A DNA stretch of 64,000 nucleotides from Camelus ferus (taxonomy: Eukaryota), in assembly GCF_009834535.1 (NCBI RefSeq), contig NC_045696.1:85376001-85440000 (forward strand), read 5' to 3'. Under the pieces are notes generated by a model. That model made no database searches. It saw nothing but the letters and a program-made list of their open reading frames with translations, and had not been told where the DNA came from. Below, in pieces: positions 52,390 to 64,000 of this stretch (the stretch's first letter is position 1; each line of letters begins with the position of its first letter). The translations under genes and the position numbers were made by a program.

Positions 52390-52636
52390 GAGAATTTTCT
52401 GCTGCCTCATGCCAGCAAGGTGAGTCAGCAAAGTGACCATATGTGTGTACTGCCAGAGTACCTTATCCCTGCTTTATCCTTGTGAGAATAAAAAGAATAT
52501 GGCTGCTACTTTACTTTTGTCTTCCAAATTTTGTAAGAAATGTCTTTATTACCCATCTAGAACTATTCAGTGAAGAGAATTTGGGTAAACATAAAATTCC
52601 AAGATTAGCTCAATTGACTCAATACAAACACACTAA
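52390..52636 (-). mobile_element. ERVL LTR fragment (LTR33/LTR41-like)
   Basis: gtcttccaaattt...gagaatttgggtaaacataaaattcc...ttagctcaattgactcaatacaaa resembles the LTR33/41 end. Confidence 0.45.
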
Positions 52637-52639
52637 ACT

Positions 52640-53675
52640 CTAACTGGATGTGTTTGGGTACCTCAACTCAATATCTCTAAACATTATCTCCTGATTCCTA
52701 TTATTTTCTGCCCTCAAGTTTTTTGTCTTCTGATGTTCCTTATGAAATGGCACTACCACTTACCTAGTTGCTCAGGATTAAAATGTTATAATCACATTTC
52801 ATCCTTCTATTTCTCAGATCTCATATCAAATCCTTCTGTAAACACTATTCAGAGCTAAGGTAATCAGTGCTACCTTGGGTGTATGTTCTCATTTTCACTC
52901 TTCTCACCACCTGCATCACCAGCCCAAATGACATCATCATATCTAACATGGGCACCTTCTACAGCCTCCCAGCTTTCCTCATGGCTTACTGCCTTGCATT
53001 TCTCAGTCTATTCTCCACATAGTAGCAGGAATGACACTTGTAAGTGGCAAATCAGATAATGTTACTTCTCTGGTCAAAACGCTTCTGAGATTTCCCATCA
53101 CACTAAGAATAAATTCCTCAGTTCTTCCTATTGCTTAAAAGTCACTATTTGACCTCGTCTCTAGTTTTCTCTGTGTCATCATTTCCTACCATTCTGCTAC
53201 TTGCCTACTTCGCCCTAGCCACAGTAGTCCCCTTGCTATTCCTTAAATATTCTGAACACACTGTTTTCTCAGGGCATTTGTACTTGCTATTGCCTCACCC
53301 AGAAATACTATTTCTCCAAATACTTGCACGGCAGGCTCACTTATTCCCTTCATTCAGATTTCTGTTCCTATATCCTCTTACAGAGAGTAGCTTTTCCACT
53401 TATATCTCCACTCCTGAGAGGTTTTTTTTTTTTTTTTTCAAAATAAGTATCCATATGTGTGTAACCTATTATCCTGCTTTATCTTCCTTCATAGTGCTAC
53501 CAAGCACTCCCCAATGTTTTGTTCTACCTATTTTTTATTTTATTATCATCTGCTCCTCCCCATACTAGAATGTAAGCTCCATGAGAGTGGGGCTGGGTCT
53601 GTACTATCACTTTTCAGTTCCCAACACAGCTTGCCTTATTGTAGAAGCTCATTAAATAAATCTTCTGTTTATTAG
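52640..53675 (+). mobile_element. L2a 3' ~1 kb fragment
   Basis: aatggcactaccacttacctagttgctcagg...aaatcagataatgttacttctctg...ctcagggcatttgtacttgct...tactagaatgtaagctccatgagag. Confidence 0.9.
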
Positions 53676-56336
53676 TAGGTATAGGTTTGTTTTCTCTTTG
53701 TATTAATTAGAGTATGTTCTGCTAAGGAGCCAAATAGAAACTCTGTGATATAGAACTGATTCAGAGTCATAGCTAGATTTATTTTTGCAGCTTGTGCACT
53801 TCAGAATGCCAGGGGCACCCCTGGAATTCACATTACATAGAAACTCTGCAGCTACCCACACTGGCTCTGGAAACAAGAAAGAAGAAAGGATTGGACAGAG
53901 ACCCAAACTGAGACTAACAGAGAGGACCAGGGGAAACTGATAAATTTTGGGCAGGTAGAGTAACAGCATCATTAAGTACATTTTTGATGATACTATCAAA
54001 CAGGAGCTAATACCAGGGACCATGATCTTTACTGAAGTCATTATTTTCCTAGAGAGGTAATGTATAATAAATGCATAATTTAGGCCACTAAAATGTGTGT
54101 GATTCATATTTAATAAATAGAATTTGTCAACTGAACAATATCATGGCAAGTAGATAAGGTTAAATAATATGTGAAAAAGAATTTATGAAATGTATACGGA
54201 GGGATAAAGAGAAATGGCAATAACTAATATAAAACTAAACAGATTCATAGTACTTCTCTTGGTATCAGGAATTTTGTGAATATGGGAAGCTTCAGGAAAA
54301 GATAAATGCTCTGTATTTTTTTTTTTCATCCATCCCCATGCAATGAGGTGATAGAGATTTTAAATTGAAATGCACTTGAAGTTATCAGGACAGAGGAGTC
54401 ATCAATTTTAAGATCTTTCCCTCTTTTTATTTCTACTGTTCCTCCGGTCATTTTATGCCCTGGACCATTTAACTCCCTCTTTCTTAGGTCTCTATCACTC
54501 ATCTTGGCTCTCTCTAACTTCTCTATCCTGACACTTCACCTCTGCTTTCCTCCTGTTAAACCCACTACAAAGCCCACAAATCATGGCCTCTCGGGAGTCA
54601 TTTATCTTCCATACTTCAGTTTCATCATCTATAAAATAAAAATACTACCAATCTTTTATGTATTTTACAAATATAGTATGGCATAAAGCAAATAATATAT
54701 GTGGAGAATGATGGAAGATGTTATGAGAATATCTGAAGGCAAGGAAAGTAGAAGAAGCTAGATCACCAAAGAAGCTGTCACTAATAGAGGAACAAGGCCA
54801 AGCAGGAGTCGAAAGAAAAGATAAGGAGCCAAAGGTGGGAAGCCGATGATGAAGGTACATAATAGCTTCAGGGAACAGTATGGAAATTAATGGGACAAGT
54901 TGTGAAACTGCAAGATAAGCACAACAAAATATAATTTTTTGGCTCATCAGGGAGAGTTAGGCACTGTGATAAGCTAAATATATGTTATTATTTATGTACA
55001 TTGGCAATTGCTTAGTAAAGCCAAGGTCTGGCTTATTTAGAGTGAGTTATGAATTAGAATTAAGTAATGATTGCTGTTGCTGTGTTTGTGTTTAAGTGGA
55101 ATTGCATTATGATTAGGCTAATAGAATAAGACGTAAGTACAGAATCTATTGAGGGCTCAGCCTTTGACTTTTATCACAGGAGTGAGAAAATGAGCAAGAA
55201 ATAATAGGCAATTAAAGTCTACCAACTACTAATCCCAGGAGTTTCTTATGCAACAGCCAACAGTAGAGGTTGTTCAGGACAGAAACATGGATGATCAGCG
55301 TAGAAGACTGTCTGCTAGCCTAAGGCTATGACTTGCTCTATATGCTTCTCAAATCGGAAGGATTTGGTATACCTCTCTCAGTAGAATACATCTGAAGAAA
55401 TCCCAAGGAAAACTGAGGAAAGCTGCAAATGTCAGATTATGATATAAACAGATCTCTTGATTCTTTTAGAATTAGATGTTAATGAGACTTCAGACTACTT
55501 TCTTCCCCAGGGAGAAAATCACTAATGCAATTTCTCTAACTCATTTTGGGACTCTGGCTAATCTTAATTAGAAGGATTATTCTAACTATATTTCTGCATT
55601 TACTTAGTTATCCAGGCTTTGAAGTGTGAAGAAGTAAATTCCAAGTCAGTAAATTAAGATCATTTTTCTATTTCTAATCTATGTGCAATATTGATTAGAT
55701 GAAAAAACTGTATCACTATTATGCCAAGGATTCACATCATAAACTCCCAGAATTTGGAATCTTTTCTTTTATTGTTACTTATTCATTTTTTCCTCTCTGG
55801 AAAAGAATTTTAAAACAGCTTAACAGCAAACTCCAAATATGGCATTAAAACGGAAAAATTCAGAGTTACATTTTTTGTCTGTCTTGTAGGAAGTAAAAGA
55901 TTCATAACGGAAAAAAATCAAGTAACTAAATGTGTTAAGTTTTACTGGAAAATTTGGTTTTATTATATACTATTTACTGACATGGAGGAACCTACAGAGG
56001 AGGTCCACCTGGTATAGAAATCAAGCTATTTTCTATGTTATCACAAGATTGTGAACATTTTCTGAATTAATTTAATAGGTCTAGTAAAAAGGAAACCATT
56101 GTTTTTTCTGGGAAATATGTATTGTATTAAATCTTAGATTTCTGTTTTGCTATGTAAAACTGAATTAATATTTATTTCCACTGATTCATTCACTCAACAA
56201 ATATTTGCAAAGTAACTGCTATGTACCAAGCACACTCTCGGTAATGGAGATGGAGAAAAAGACAAGAATAACAATGTCCCTGTTCCTGTAGAGTTTTTTT
56301 TTAGTAGTGGAAAGGATAAAATAGAATAGATAGAAA

Positions 56337-56385
<49 letters not shown>

Positions 56386-56396
56386 CAGATAGATAG
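56337..56396. repeat. (GATA)n microsatellite
   Basis: Seen directly, one GACA interruption. Confidence 0.97.
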
Positions 56397-56730
56397 AAAG
56401 AATAAAAATGCCATGATAAAAATAAGGAGATAGAATGGAGTTCCTAGTGGTTTACTTCAGATTTGATGGTCAGAGAATCTATTTCTGAGCATATTATCCA
56501 TAAACTTTGACCTAAATTACAAGATTTGGAGAAAAATACTCTTATCAGGGAAGTGACAATGACAAACTCTGAAGACAGGAATGAGCTAGATTTTAGAAAA
56601 CAGGAGAAAAATTATGATCAGAAAAAAGCAAGCACAATGGAGAGCTGTATGAGCATGGGGGCTAGGCAGAGACTAGGTCACACTGGTCTTCACTGGACAG
56701 GGTAGGAGTTTGATTTTATTCTGTGTTCAA

Positions 56731-58532
56731 TGTTGTATCCATTGTGTAACAATCCACTCCAAAATTTAGTGGCTTAAACAATGTTAATTTATGTTGCTCT
56801 CAAATCTGCACTCTTTCATGCAGCATCAGCTGAAAATTTGTTCAACTGAGGGCTGAAATATCAAAATGACTTACTCACATGACTGCCAAGTTGGTATATC
56901 AGATATGACCTATCAGTCAGATAGGTCCCTGCAGGCCAGGGACCTACGTTCTTCTTCACATGACCCTCTCCACACTGGCCTCTTGGGATTATACAAATAT
57001 AGTGAACTAGACAGATGTAACACGCTTTATGACCTTCTGTCTCAAAGCCATATAGCTTTGTCATAATCCTGCTCAGATTTAAGGGAAGAGAATAGCTCTT
57101 CATCAGAGGAGTATCAAAGTCATACTGTAAAAAGAAAAAGTGAGCTAGGAGGTCCGGTTACAGCCAAATTTGAAAAGTGCAATCTGCCACAGTTTGTCTT
57201 TAGACTACAACAATTTATATCCCTCCCACATGCAAAATAAATGTATTCTCTTCCCCAAGACTGAACAGTCTCATTCCAAAATTACATCAGCTCAAAGTTA
57301 AGAATCTTACAATCCAAATTAGATCTAAGTATAGGTGATACTCTTTGTGTGCAGTTCCTCAAACACAGCTCTTTGAGCACTCTTTTTAATGATGTGCTAT
57401 CTTGTGACACATTTGGCCTAAAGAGCCAATTTTTCTAGGTCTCCAAATACTCAAAGTAAAATTATGAGACAGGCATTGGATAAATGCTATGGACACTCCC
57501 ATTAAAAGTGACAGGAAAGTAGCAGGCACACAATGGTCACTGGTCCACATCAATTCTGAAATTTATCTAGGCACATGTTGCCAGTTCTTTGATTAGAGCT
57601 CAGTCCTACTCTCTAGAAATTATTCTCCATGGGTCTTGGCTCAACTCAATCCTTCCCTCTTGAGCCCACATTTCTTTTCCCTAAGGCTTCTAAACCAATT
57701 TCCTGCTTGTAAGATCTGAGGGTCCAGAACCCCTTCTCACATGGTTTTATTTCCTCTTCCTTTTATTACAAGCAGATATATTATTTCTGTATATTAATTT
57801 ATAATTCATTCTATCAGACAAAAGATATAAACCCGAATCTTTTCCAGATAAGCCATTCCCTTCCTCAACTTCACTATGAGACTACTATGGGATAACATCC
57901 TCAAGATTCTTACTCATCTTACTGTATAACAAAGAGTTCTGCAAATTACAATATTATGATCATTAAAAGACTTTGTTTGAAAGATTCTATGAGGTACTAT
58001 TTCAGATCTCTCTGAAGGTCTTAATAATAGATTTTACATTAAAATCATCTTTTCCCTTAAGTCATTCCTTAATTTGAGTATCATCTGCCACCTAGAGAGA
58101 CTTGGGAAGAGAAAAATACTTATTTTGAAACTAAGAAAGTTCTAGATCCTGAAAGAGTTCTCTTTTTAGCCCATTTGTTTCTTCTAACATTATACCATAG
58201 GAAGTGAAAGAATCCAGATGATACTTTCAATATTCTGCATGACAATTCCCTTAGTGTGATCATTGAGTTCATTGGAACATTTCCTATCTTCCACGTTACT
58301 TCAGGTAATAATGTTGCCAAAATACCCACCACTACAAAACATCTTCCAATCACATTTTCTTTATTTTCTTTTGAGCTGTCAGAGACAGACTCCTCAAGAT
58401 TATTTAGGCTTTTGCTAACACTTTTCTAATACCCTTCTATCTTCCTGATATGGCCTGTCCTAAAGCCAGTGCTACATGTTTTGGGGTTTTTACAGTAGCA
58501 TTCCTTTTCAAGCACCAAAAAGCTGGTGTCAG

Positions 58533-58610
<78 letters not shown>

Positions 58611-59056
58611 TGTATAAAAAATACTATCCCCAAACTGTGACTTAAAATAGCAACAAAAATTTCCTTGTCTCATAATTTTGCAATCTCAGTAGAGCTTTCT
58701 GTGTATAGCCCATCTTTATTCCAAATGTCAAGATGGCTCATTCACACGGCTGGCAAATTAATACTGGTGATTGGCTGTGAACTTAGCTGGGACCAGAGGG
58801 TTTCAATTGCTTTTCATATGGGCCTCTCCATAGGCTGAATGGGGTTATTCAGGCATGAGAACCAGGTTCAAAAGCAAGTGCCCCAGGAGAATCAGGCATG
58901 GTTTTATCCAATCTTACACCCATAGCATCACTTCCACTGGAATCATAGGTTCAAAGGGAGGGTATGTAAACTCCTACATTTAAGTGATAGAAGTATCAAG
59001 TCACATTAGAAGAACAGAATGTGGGAGCCATCTTTGGAAAACAAAATTTGCTCACA
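56731..59056 (-). mobile_element. MLT1H-like MaLR element: LTR ~56731-57191, internal 57192-58523, LTR 58524-59056
   Basis: Two related LTRs (ending aatctgccaca / aatttgctcaca) around MaLR internal sequence (ccctcccacatgcaaaata, gagacaggcattggataa, aaagccagtgctacatgttttgg, caagcaccaaaa). Confidence 0.82.
58535..58609. repeat. (TTA)25 microsatellite inside an MLT1 LTR
   Basis: Seen directly; source of the poly-Ile ORF 58437-58673. Confidence 0.97.
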
Positions 59057-59762
59057 TGAGAAGACACTGAATGGTTTTGAAACAGATTGGTAATGTGATC
59101 TAGTTTTTGTTGAAAAAGATCACTCTGGCTAGCATGTGGAAGATAGAGTAATGTGTGGTAAGACTGGAAAGAGGAAGACTGTTAAAGAGGTTATTTCCTA
59201 GTTTAGGAAAGATACAATGGTATCTTGAACTCAGGAGAAGAAGAGGAGATGATGAAAAGTTTGGAGAAATGTTGTAGAGGTGTAACCATTAGAAATAGAT
59301 TAGATGCAGTCATTGAGAGAACAAGATCTAAATTTTGTGCTTGAGATATTGTGTGAATTATAATTCTATTTACTGAGATGAGAAAAACTAAGGAAAAAGT
59401 TTTATGTTCTGTTTCACAGGGAGAAAGAGCTCAGCTTTGTATGTGTTAAGCTTGAGTTCTTATTAAATATCTAAGTGGCCATGTTAAGCAGGCCATTTCA
59501 TTTATATGCCAGAGGAGACAACAGAGATAGAAATGCAATGTGACAGAGGAGAGAGAGTCATCTACATATAAATGCCATAGGCTATGATGAAATAAAGCAA
59601 TTCAGATAGTGTATAGAGAAAAGAAGGAGCACCTCAGGATCCTGGAACACAAATATTAGGATGCTGGGCACAGAAATAGAGGCCAATGAAAGAGAATTAG
59701 AAAGAGCAACTAGTGAAAAAGGGGAAAACCAGAATGTCCGTTATTATAGAAGCCCAAACAAG

Positions 59763-60390
59763 TGTTTCTCTTACTATAGCTATGTAATAAAAATACTCCA
59801 AAGCTGAAGCCACTTAAGTGTTTCTTCTTCTTCTTTTTTTTTTTTTTTTTTTTTGCTTGCTATAAATCAGTAATTTGAGCAGAGCTCTACTCTACTCCAT
59901 TTTACAAAATACCAGCTAGGGCAGTTTGGGGCAACAAGCTAAAATCATGGGAAATCTTGCTTCCTTATATATCTGGCCCCTGTACTGTAAAGACTTATAG
60001 CTGGGAGCTGGAACAGCTGGAGTTCCTACAGCATCTTACTGTCATTATGTAGTGCCTCCATGTAACTGCTCCAGAATGTTAGCTTTGGGGTAGCTGGACT
60101 TCTTAGATATCTACCCAGGGCTCCCAAGGTGTGTGTCACAAGATAGAGAGAGCCAAATAGAAACCACATCACTTTTTATTACCTACACTCACAAGCTACA
60201 CAACAATAAATCCACCACATTTTATTGGTCAACACCCTTTTGAAGATCTACTAAAGTTCAAGGGGAGAAAACAAATACTCTATTTCTCAATGCAAGGAAG
60301 GAAACAGACTCCATTTCTCAGTGACATTTTCTTGGGAGAAAATGTGAGAAGTGTTAGTGCAACCACCTTTGGAAAATATAATCTGCCACA
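59763..60390 (-). mobile_element. MLT1G-like solo LTR
   Basis: gctggaacagctggag...ggggtagctggacttctta...gggctcccaaggtgtgtgtc...tttggaaaatataatctgccaca; TSD a(c/t)aag. Confidence 0.85.
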
Positions 60391-61689
60391 ATAAGTAAAG
60401 GATATCAAGTGAGGTCAGCAGCCTTGGATTCCTTTAAGATAGCTAGTAAATCGAGAGTGAACACTGGATGTGGTAACTGTTAGATGCCACTGATAACCTT
60501 GGCATGAGCAATTACTGAGGAGATAAGAAGATGAAAATCACATTGGGGAGGGGGAAAAAGAATAGATACAGAGAATGAGAATAATGACTATGGATGACCT
60601 TGAGAAAGTCTGCTGTTGAAGGGAGATACAAAATACAGTAGAGGCTGGAGAGGTATGTATGTTCAAGGGAAGTCTTTTCAAAAGACAGGACATATTAGTA
60701 TGCTTATGGAAGTGGTTTAGGAGAAAGAGAAAGATATTGATGATGCAAACAAAAATAAAAAGGGGAGGGAGGTGGACACAAAGTCTTTGAGATGGAAAGA
60801 GTACCAGGGGTTCAGAATACAGTGGAAGGGGTTGGACTTTTATGGGAGAGTGAACTCTACTCACAGCCATAGGGAGGTTAGAGGGTATAAGTAAAGATGA
60901 CTATTTACTAGTTCAGTAAAAACAAATTATGGTTTTGTGAATATAGTAGGAGAAAACCCAGCCAAAGAAATAAGCCAAGTCATTTTTGATTCATGTATTT
61001 TTAAGTTTAAAATTAAGGTAACAGCCACTGTAGGCAAGCTCATACAATTATTCCCTCATTTTAATCATGTCTCTCCCTCTGATGATCTGAAACGAGACTC
61101 CACTCTTCTCCAATTTAACTCATCTTCACTCTACTAACTCTTTAGTTCCTGCATTTCTCCAAATTTTAGCTGAAAGAATACTAATTGGGAGTCAGCCAAA
61201 TTAGATCTTAGTCCTTAGTCTACTACTGATTTAGTTAGTATTGACAACTCAATTTTGTTGGCCTTCAGTTTCTTCTTCATTTGGAATGTAATTTTTAGAC
61301 CACATGATAATGGTGGTAAAGATAATATCTTGGATTTATATATCAATGGAAAATTTTAATATTTTTGGATACAGCTCTTTTTGCTCTAAATTATTATGCT
61401 CTAAGAGAAAGTGGAAATCTAAGATAAAACTAAATTTATAGTTCTCAATACTATTTTAACATCATATGCAGTATATTTTTTACAATATGACTTTGTAATA
61501 ATCTTGTGGTTTATGTGTGAATGTGTAAATGTTTAACTTTCACCATTAGGTTGTCTCATAAAACCATAAAAATTTGCCTTTTCTCTCTCTTTTTTCCTTC
61601 TTCTCTTTAAAGTCCTGAAAGTCCACAGCAGACACATATTGTAGGGTTAGTAATGATAATAAAGGCAATGTGTCATTATTTTTGATAAT

Positions 61690-61880
61690 GATGTCACTTT
61701 GTTTATGTCCAGTATTCTTGTAAGTATTTAAAATAGGTCATTTCATGCTAACAATAATATAAGATAGGTACTATTTCTGCAGCAATTAAAATTAAGTACA
61801 GAAAGGTTAACTAAGGTCAAAGTGCTAGTAATTCTAAATGCCAAGTCCATAATCTTGACCAGTAATCTAAACTGCCTCTC
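61690..61880 (-). mobile_element. MIR SINE (degenerate)
   Basis: acaataatataagataggtactatt...tacagaaaggttaactaaggtca...tcttgaccagtaatctaaactgcctc. Confidence 0.6.
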
Positions 61881-62334
61881 CTCTGATGATGGTGAAGTTA
61901 ATGATGATGATGGTCAAGAAAATGATGCTGAGAATTGTGTAGCTGAGAGTTAATTAAATAAGTGAGGTTTAATTCTAAGATTGAAATGCTTAAAGCAAGG
62001 TGAAAGAGAGTTATGCATAGGAAATTAGCTTACATTGGACTAGTATCTCTAGGACACAGAGAGAGAGTGGCAGGGAACAAGACTAGGTAACCAGTTGTCT
62101 GAAATGAAGGTGTGACGTGTAAAAATCCTTTTTATGCTATTAATGGTGTTATGACCCATCAAAATTTGATCATTAAATTAAATTGACCTCTTTGACTATG
62201 GATCCATAAAGAAAAAAATAATTTAATCATTATTTATAGGAAGACCCAAAGTTAAGTTGAATAGTAAATCAAAAATTTAACTGCATAATAATATACTGTC
62301 TAATACAAAAATATTAGAACAGAACATAAATTTG

Positions 62335-62772
62335 TGTAAAGAGATTTATTTTAAAAATTGGCTTATGCAATTATGGAAGCTGAGAGGTCTCAAGATCTGC
62401 AGTCAGCAAGTTACAGACCTAGAAGAGCTGAGGTGTAGACCAGGCTGAGTCCAAAGGCCTGAGAACCAGTATTGCTGAGGGTAAATGTTTCAGTTCAAAA
62501 ACTGGCAGTCTTAAGATCCAAGAAGAGCCAATGATTCAATCTGAATCCAAAGGCTAGAAAGGAACAATGTCCAGCTCAAACAGTCAGGCAGGAGGTGTTT
62601 CCTCCCTTTCTCAGCCTTTTTGTTCTATGCAGGTTTTCAACTGATTGGAAAAGGCCCACCAACATTAGGGAGGGCAATCTGTCCTATTCAATCTACTGAT
62701 TCAAATGTTAATCTCATCCAGAAGCACCCTCATGACAAACCCAGAATAATTTTATCCCAAATATCTGGGCTC
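62335..62772 (-). mobile_element. MLT2B/C (ERVL) LTR
   Basis: gagatttattttaaaaattggcttatgcaattatgg...gagtccaaaggcctgagaacc...gggagggcaatctg...gattcaaatgttaatctcatccagaa. Confidence 0.9.
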
Positions 62773-62849
62773 AATAACATAAGACTTTATTTAAAATTAC
62801 GGACAAGTATTTTCACCAACTGTACTATAAATATAAGACAAAGATGTAT

Positions 62850-63412
62850 GTATTTACTAATTTCTTGAGGTAAATTTTACATACACTTAAATGCATAGAT
62901 TTGAAGTGTACAATTCAATGAGCTTTTATAAATGTACACCTGTGAAATCATCACCCCAACAAAGAAGAAGATTTCTATCATTCCAAAAAGTTCACTTGGA
63001 CCTCTTCCAACCAATCTCTCCACTGCTGGGTAATAACTTTTCTAATTTCTATCCTTACAGATGTCCTTTGCCACTTGTTGAAATTCATGTAATGGAAATA
63101 TACAATATGTACTTTTTTTGTGAATGGCTTCTTTTATTTAACATAATGTTCTTGTGATTCATGCAAGTTGTTGTATATATTAGTAGTTCATTTTGTTTTT
63201 AAATACGAAATGGTTTTCCACTGTAAGCATATGAGACGTTTTACTTATACATTTACTAGTGGATGGACATTTGGGTTGTTGTCAGTTTGGGGTCATTAAT
63301 GCAAAAGCTGCTTCTTTGAACCTTTTTATACAAGGCTCCTTGCAGATATATGTTTATATATATCTTGGGTAAATACTAGAATTGCTAGTTCATAAGCTAG
63401 ATATGCATAATT

Positions 63413-63459
<47 letters not shown>

Positions 63460-63625
63460 CTTTAAAAGGAAATACAAAACAGTAAAGTTGTTAATCCATT
63501 TTAAACATCCACTAGCAAAATATGAGCACTATTACACATCTTTACCAAATTTTGATGCTGTCAGTATTTCTAATATTAGTCATTCTACTAGGTGTGAAAT
63601 AGAATCTCATTGTGGTTACACAAAA
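62850..63625 (-). mobile_element. L1MB/L1MC 3' end with internal (TA)n (63416-63454)
   Basis: ttgaggtaaattttacatac...aagtgtacaattcaatgag...tggcttcttttatttaacataatg...gatggacatttgggttgtt...tctcattgtggtt. Confidence 0.88.
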
Positions 63626-63828
63626 ATTTTCTCAATAAATCAAATAAATGTGCTGACACATTAAGTGTCAAAAAACAGAACTTGCAATACCTAGTGGCAA
63701 ATTCCCTAATTATAAATGTTAGTCTTTTGAGTAAAGAATATAGATCTTGACTATTAAAACTGCAAATTTAAAACTAGTGATAAATTCACTGATAACTTAG
63801 ACTACATATCTGAGGCCTTCAAAATAAG

Positions 63829-63935
63829 CACTAACTTTTTTTCCTTTTTCTTTCTTTTTTATAGAGTTTGCCATAAATCTCATTTTTTGCTGGATCTTTA
63901 TGATTATGAAAATAAAGTTTTTGAATTTGGTTGTA
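63829..63935 (+). other. Candidate 3' splice site and short terminal exon
   Basis: Branch point CACTAAC 63829-63835, pure pyrimidine tract 63836-63860, TAG| at 63864, AATAAA 63911-63916. Confidence 0.33.
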
Positions 63936-64000
63936 CTTATTAATTGAAAGCAAATACTACTGCAGTATTTTGCTTAATGTTTAATTGGTACATATTTTCT

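Larger units (their letters stand above)
56185..60900 (-). mobile_element. Long L2 relic in pieces (56185-56730, 59057-59762, 60391-60900), split by two MaLR insertions
   Basis: attcattcactcaacaaatattt...; ggagtttgattttattctg | gagaagacactgaatggtttt...aaagatcactctggct...; ctgataaccttggcatgagca. Confidence 0.75.

Noticed and set aside
53131..53675. 145-aa hydrophobic ORF and neighbour
   Set aside because: Inside the L2a 3' region; pyrimidine-rich composition artefact
33111..58673. Low-complexity ORFs (IYIY at 33111, CVCV/HTHT at 34428-34839, poly-Gly at 49989, poly-Ile at 58437)
   Set aside because: Translations of microsatellites and homopolymers
1..64000. CRISPR arrays, operons, tRNA/rRNA/snRNA genes, processed pseudogenes, NUMTs
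   Set aside because: Sequence is mammalian nuclear DNA and none of these was recognisable by eye

Overview
AT-rich, CpG-depleted eutherian mammalian genomic DNA (intron or gene desert) with no recognisable intact protein-coding gene; every ORF in the track looks spurious or repeat-derived. Much of the window is ancient interspersed repeat: MaLR (MLT1) solo LTRs, two LTR-internal-LTR MaLR elements, ERVL (MLT2) and ERV1 (MER39-, MER41-, MER89/90/110-like) LTRs, L1M, L2, MIR, hAT MITEs (MER5A, MER58A) and microsatellites. The left edge (1-~1830) is the decayed env gene and probable 3' LTR of an ERV1 provirus. No Alu, B1/B2, Can-SINE, BovB/Bov-A/Bov-tA, CHR or PRE1 SINE was seen, and an artiodactyl-type L1 3' end is present, so a camelid-like cetartiodactyl host is a tentative inference. 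Most notable: the env relic; a MER41-like solo LTR with perfect TSD and a GAS (STAT1) motif; a strong antisense bias of L1/LTR insertions right of ~30 kb suggesting an unannotated + strand transcription unit; a possible bidirectional promoter at 28.8-29.7 kb with candidate non-coding exons; and compact TF-motif clusters. I found no convincing new biological system. Repeat names come from remembered consensus sequences and need RepeatMasker/Dfam confirmation.
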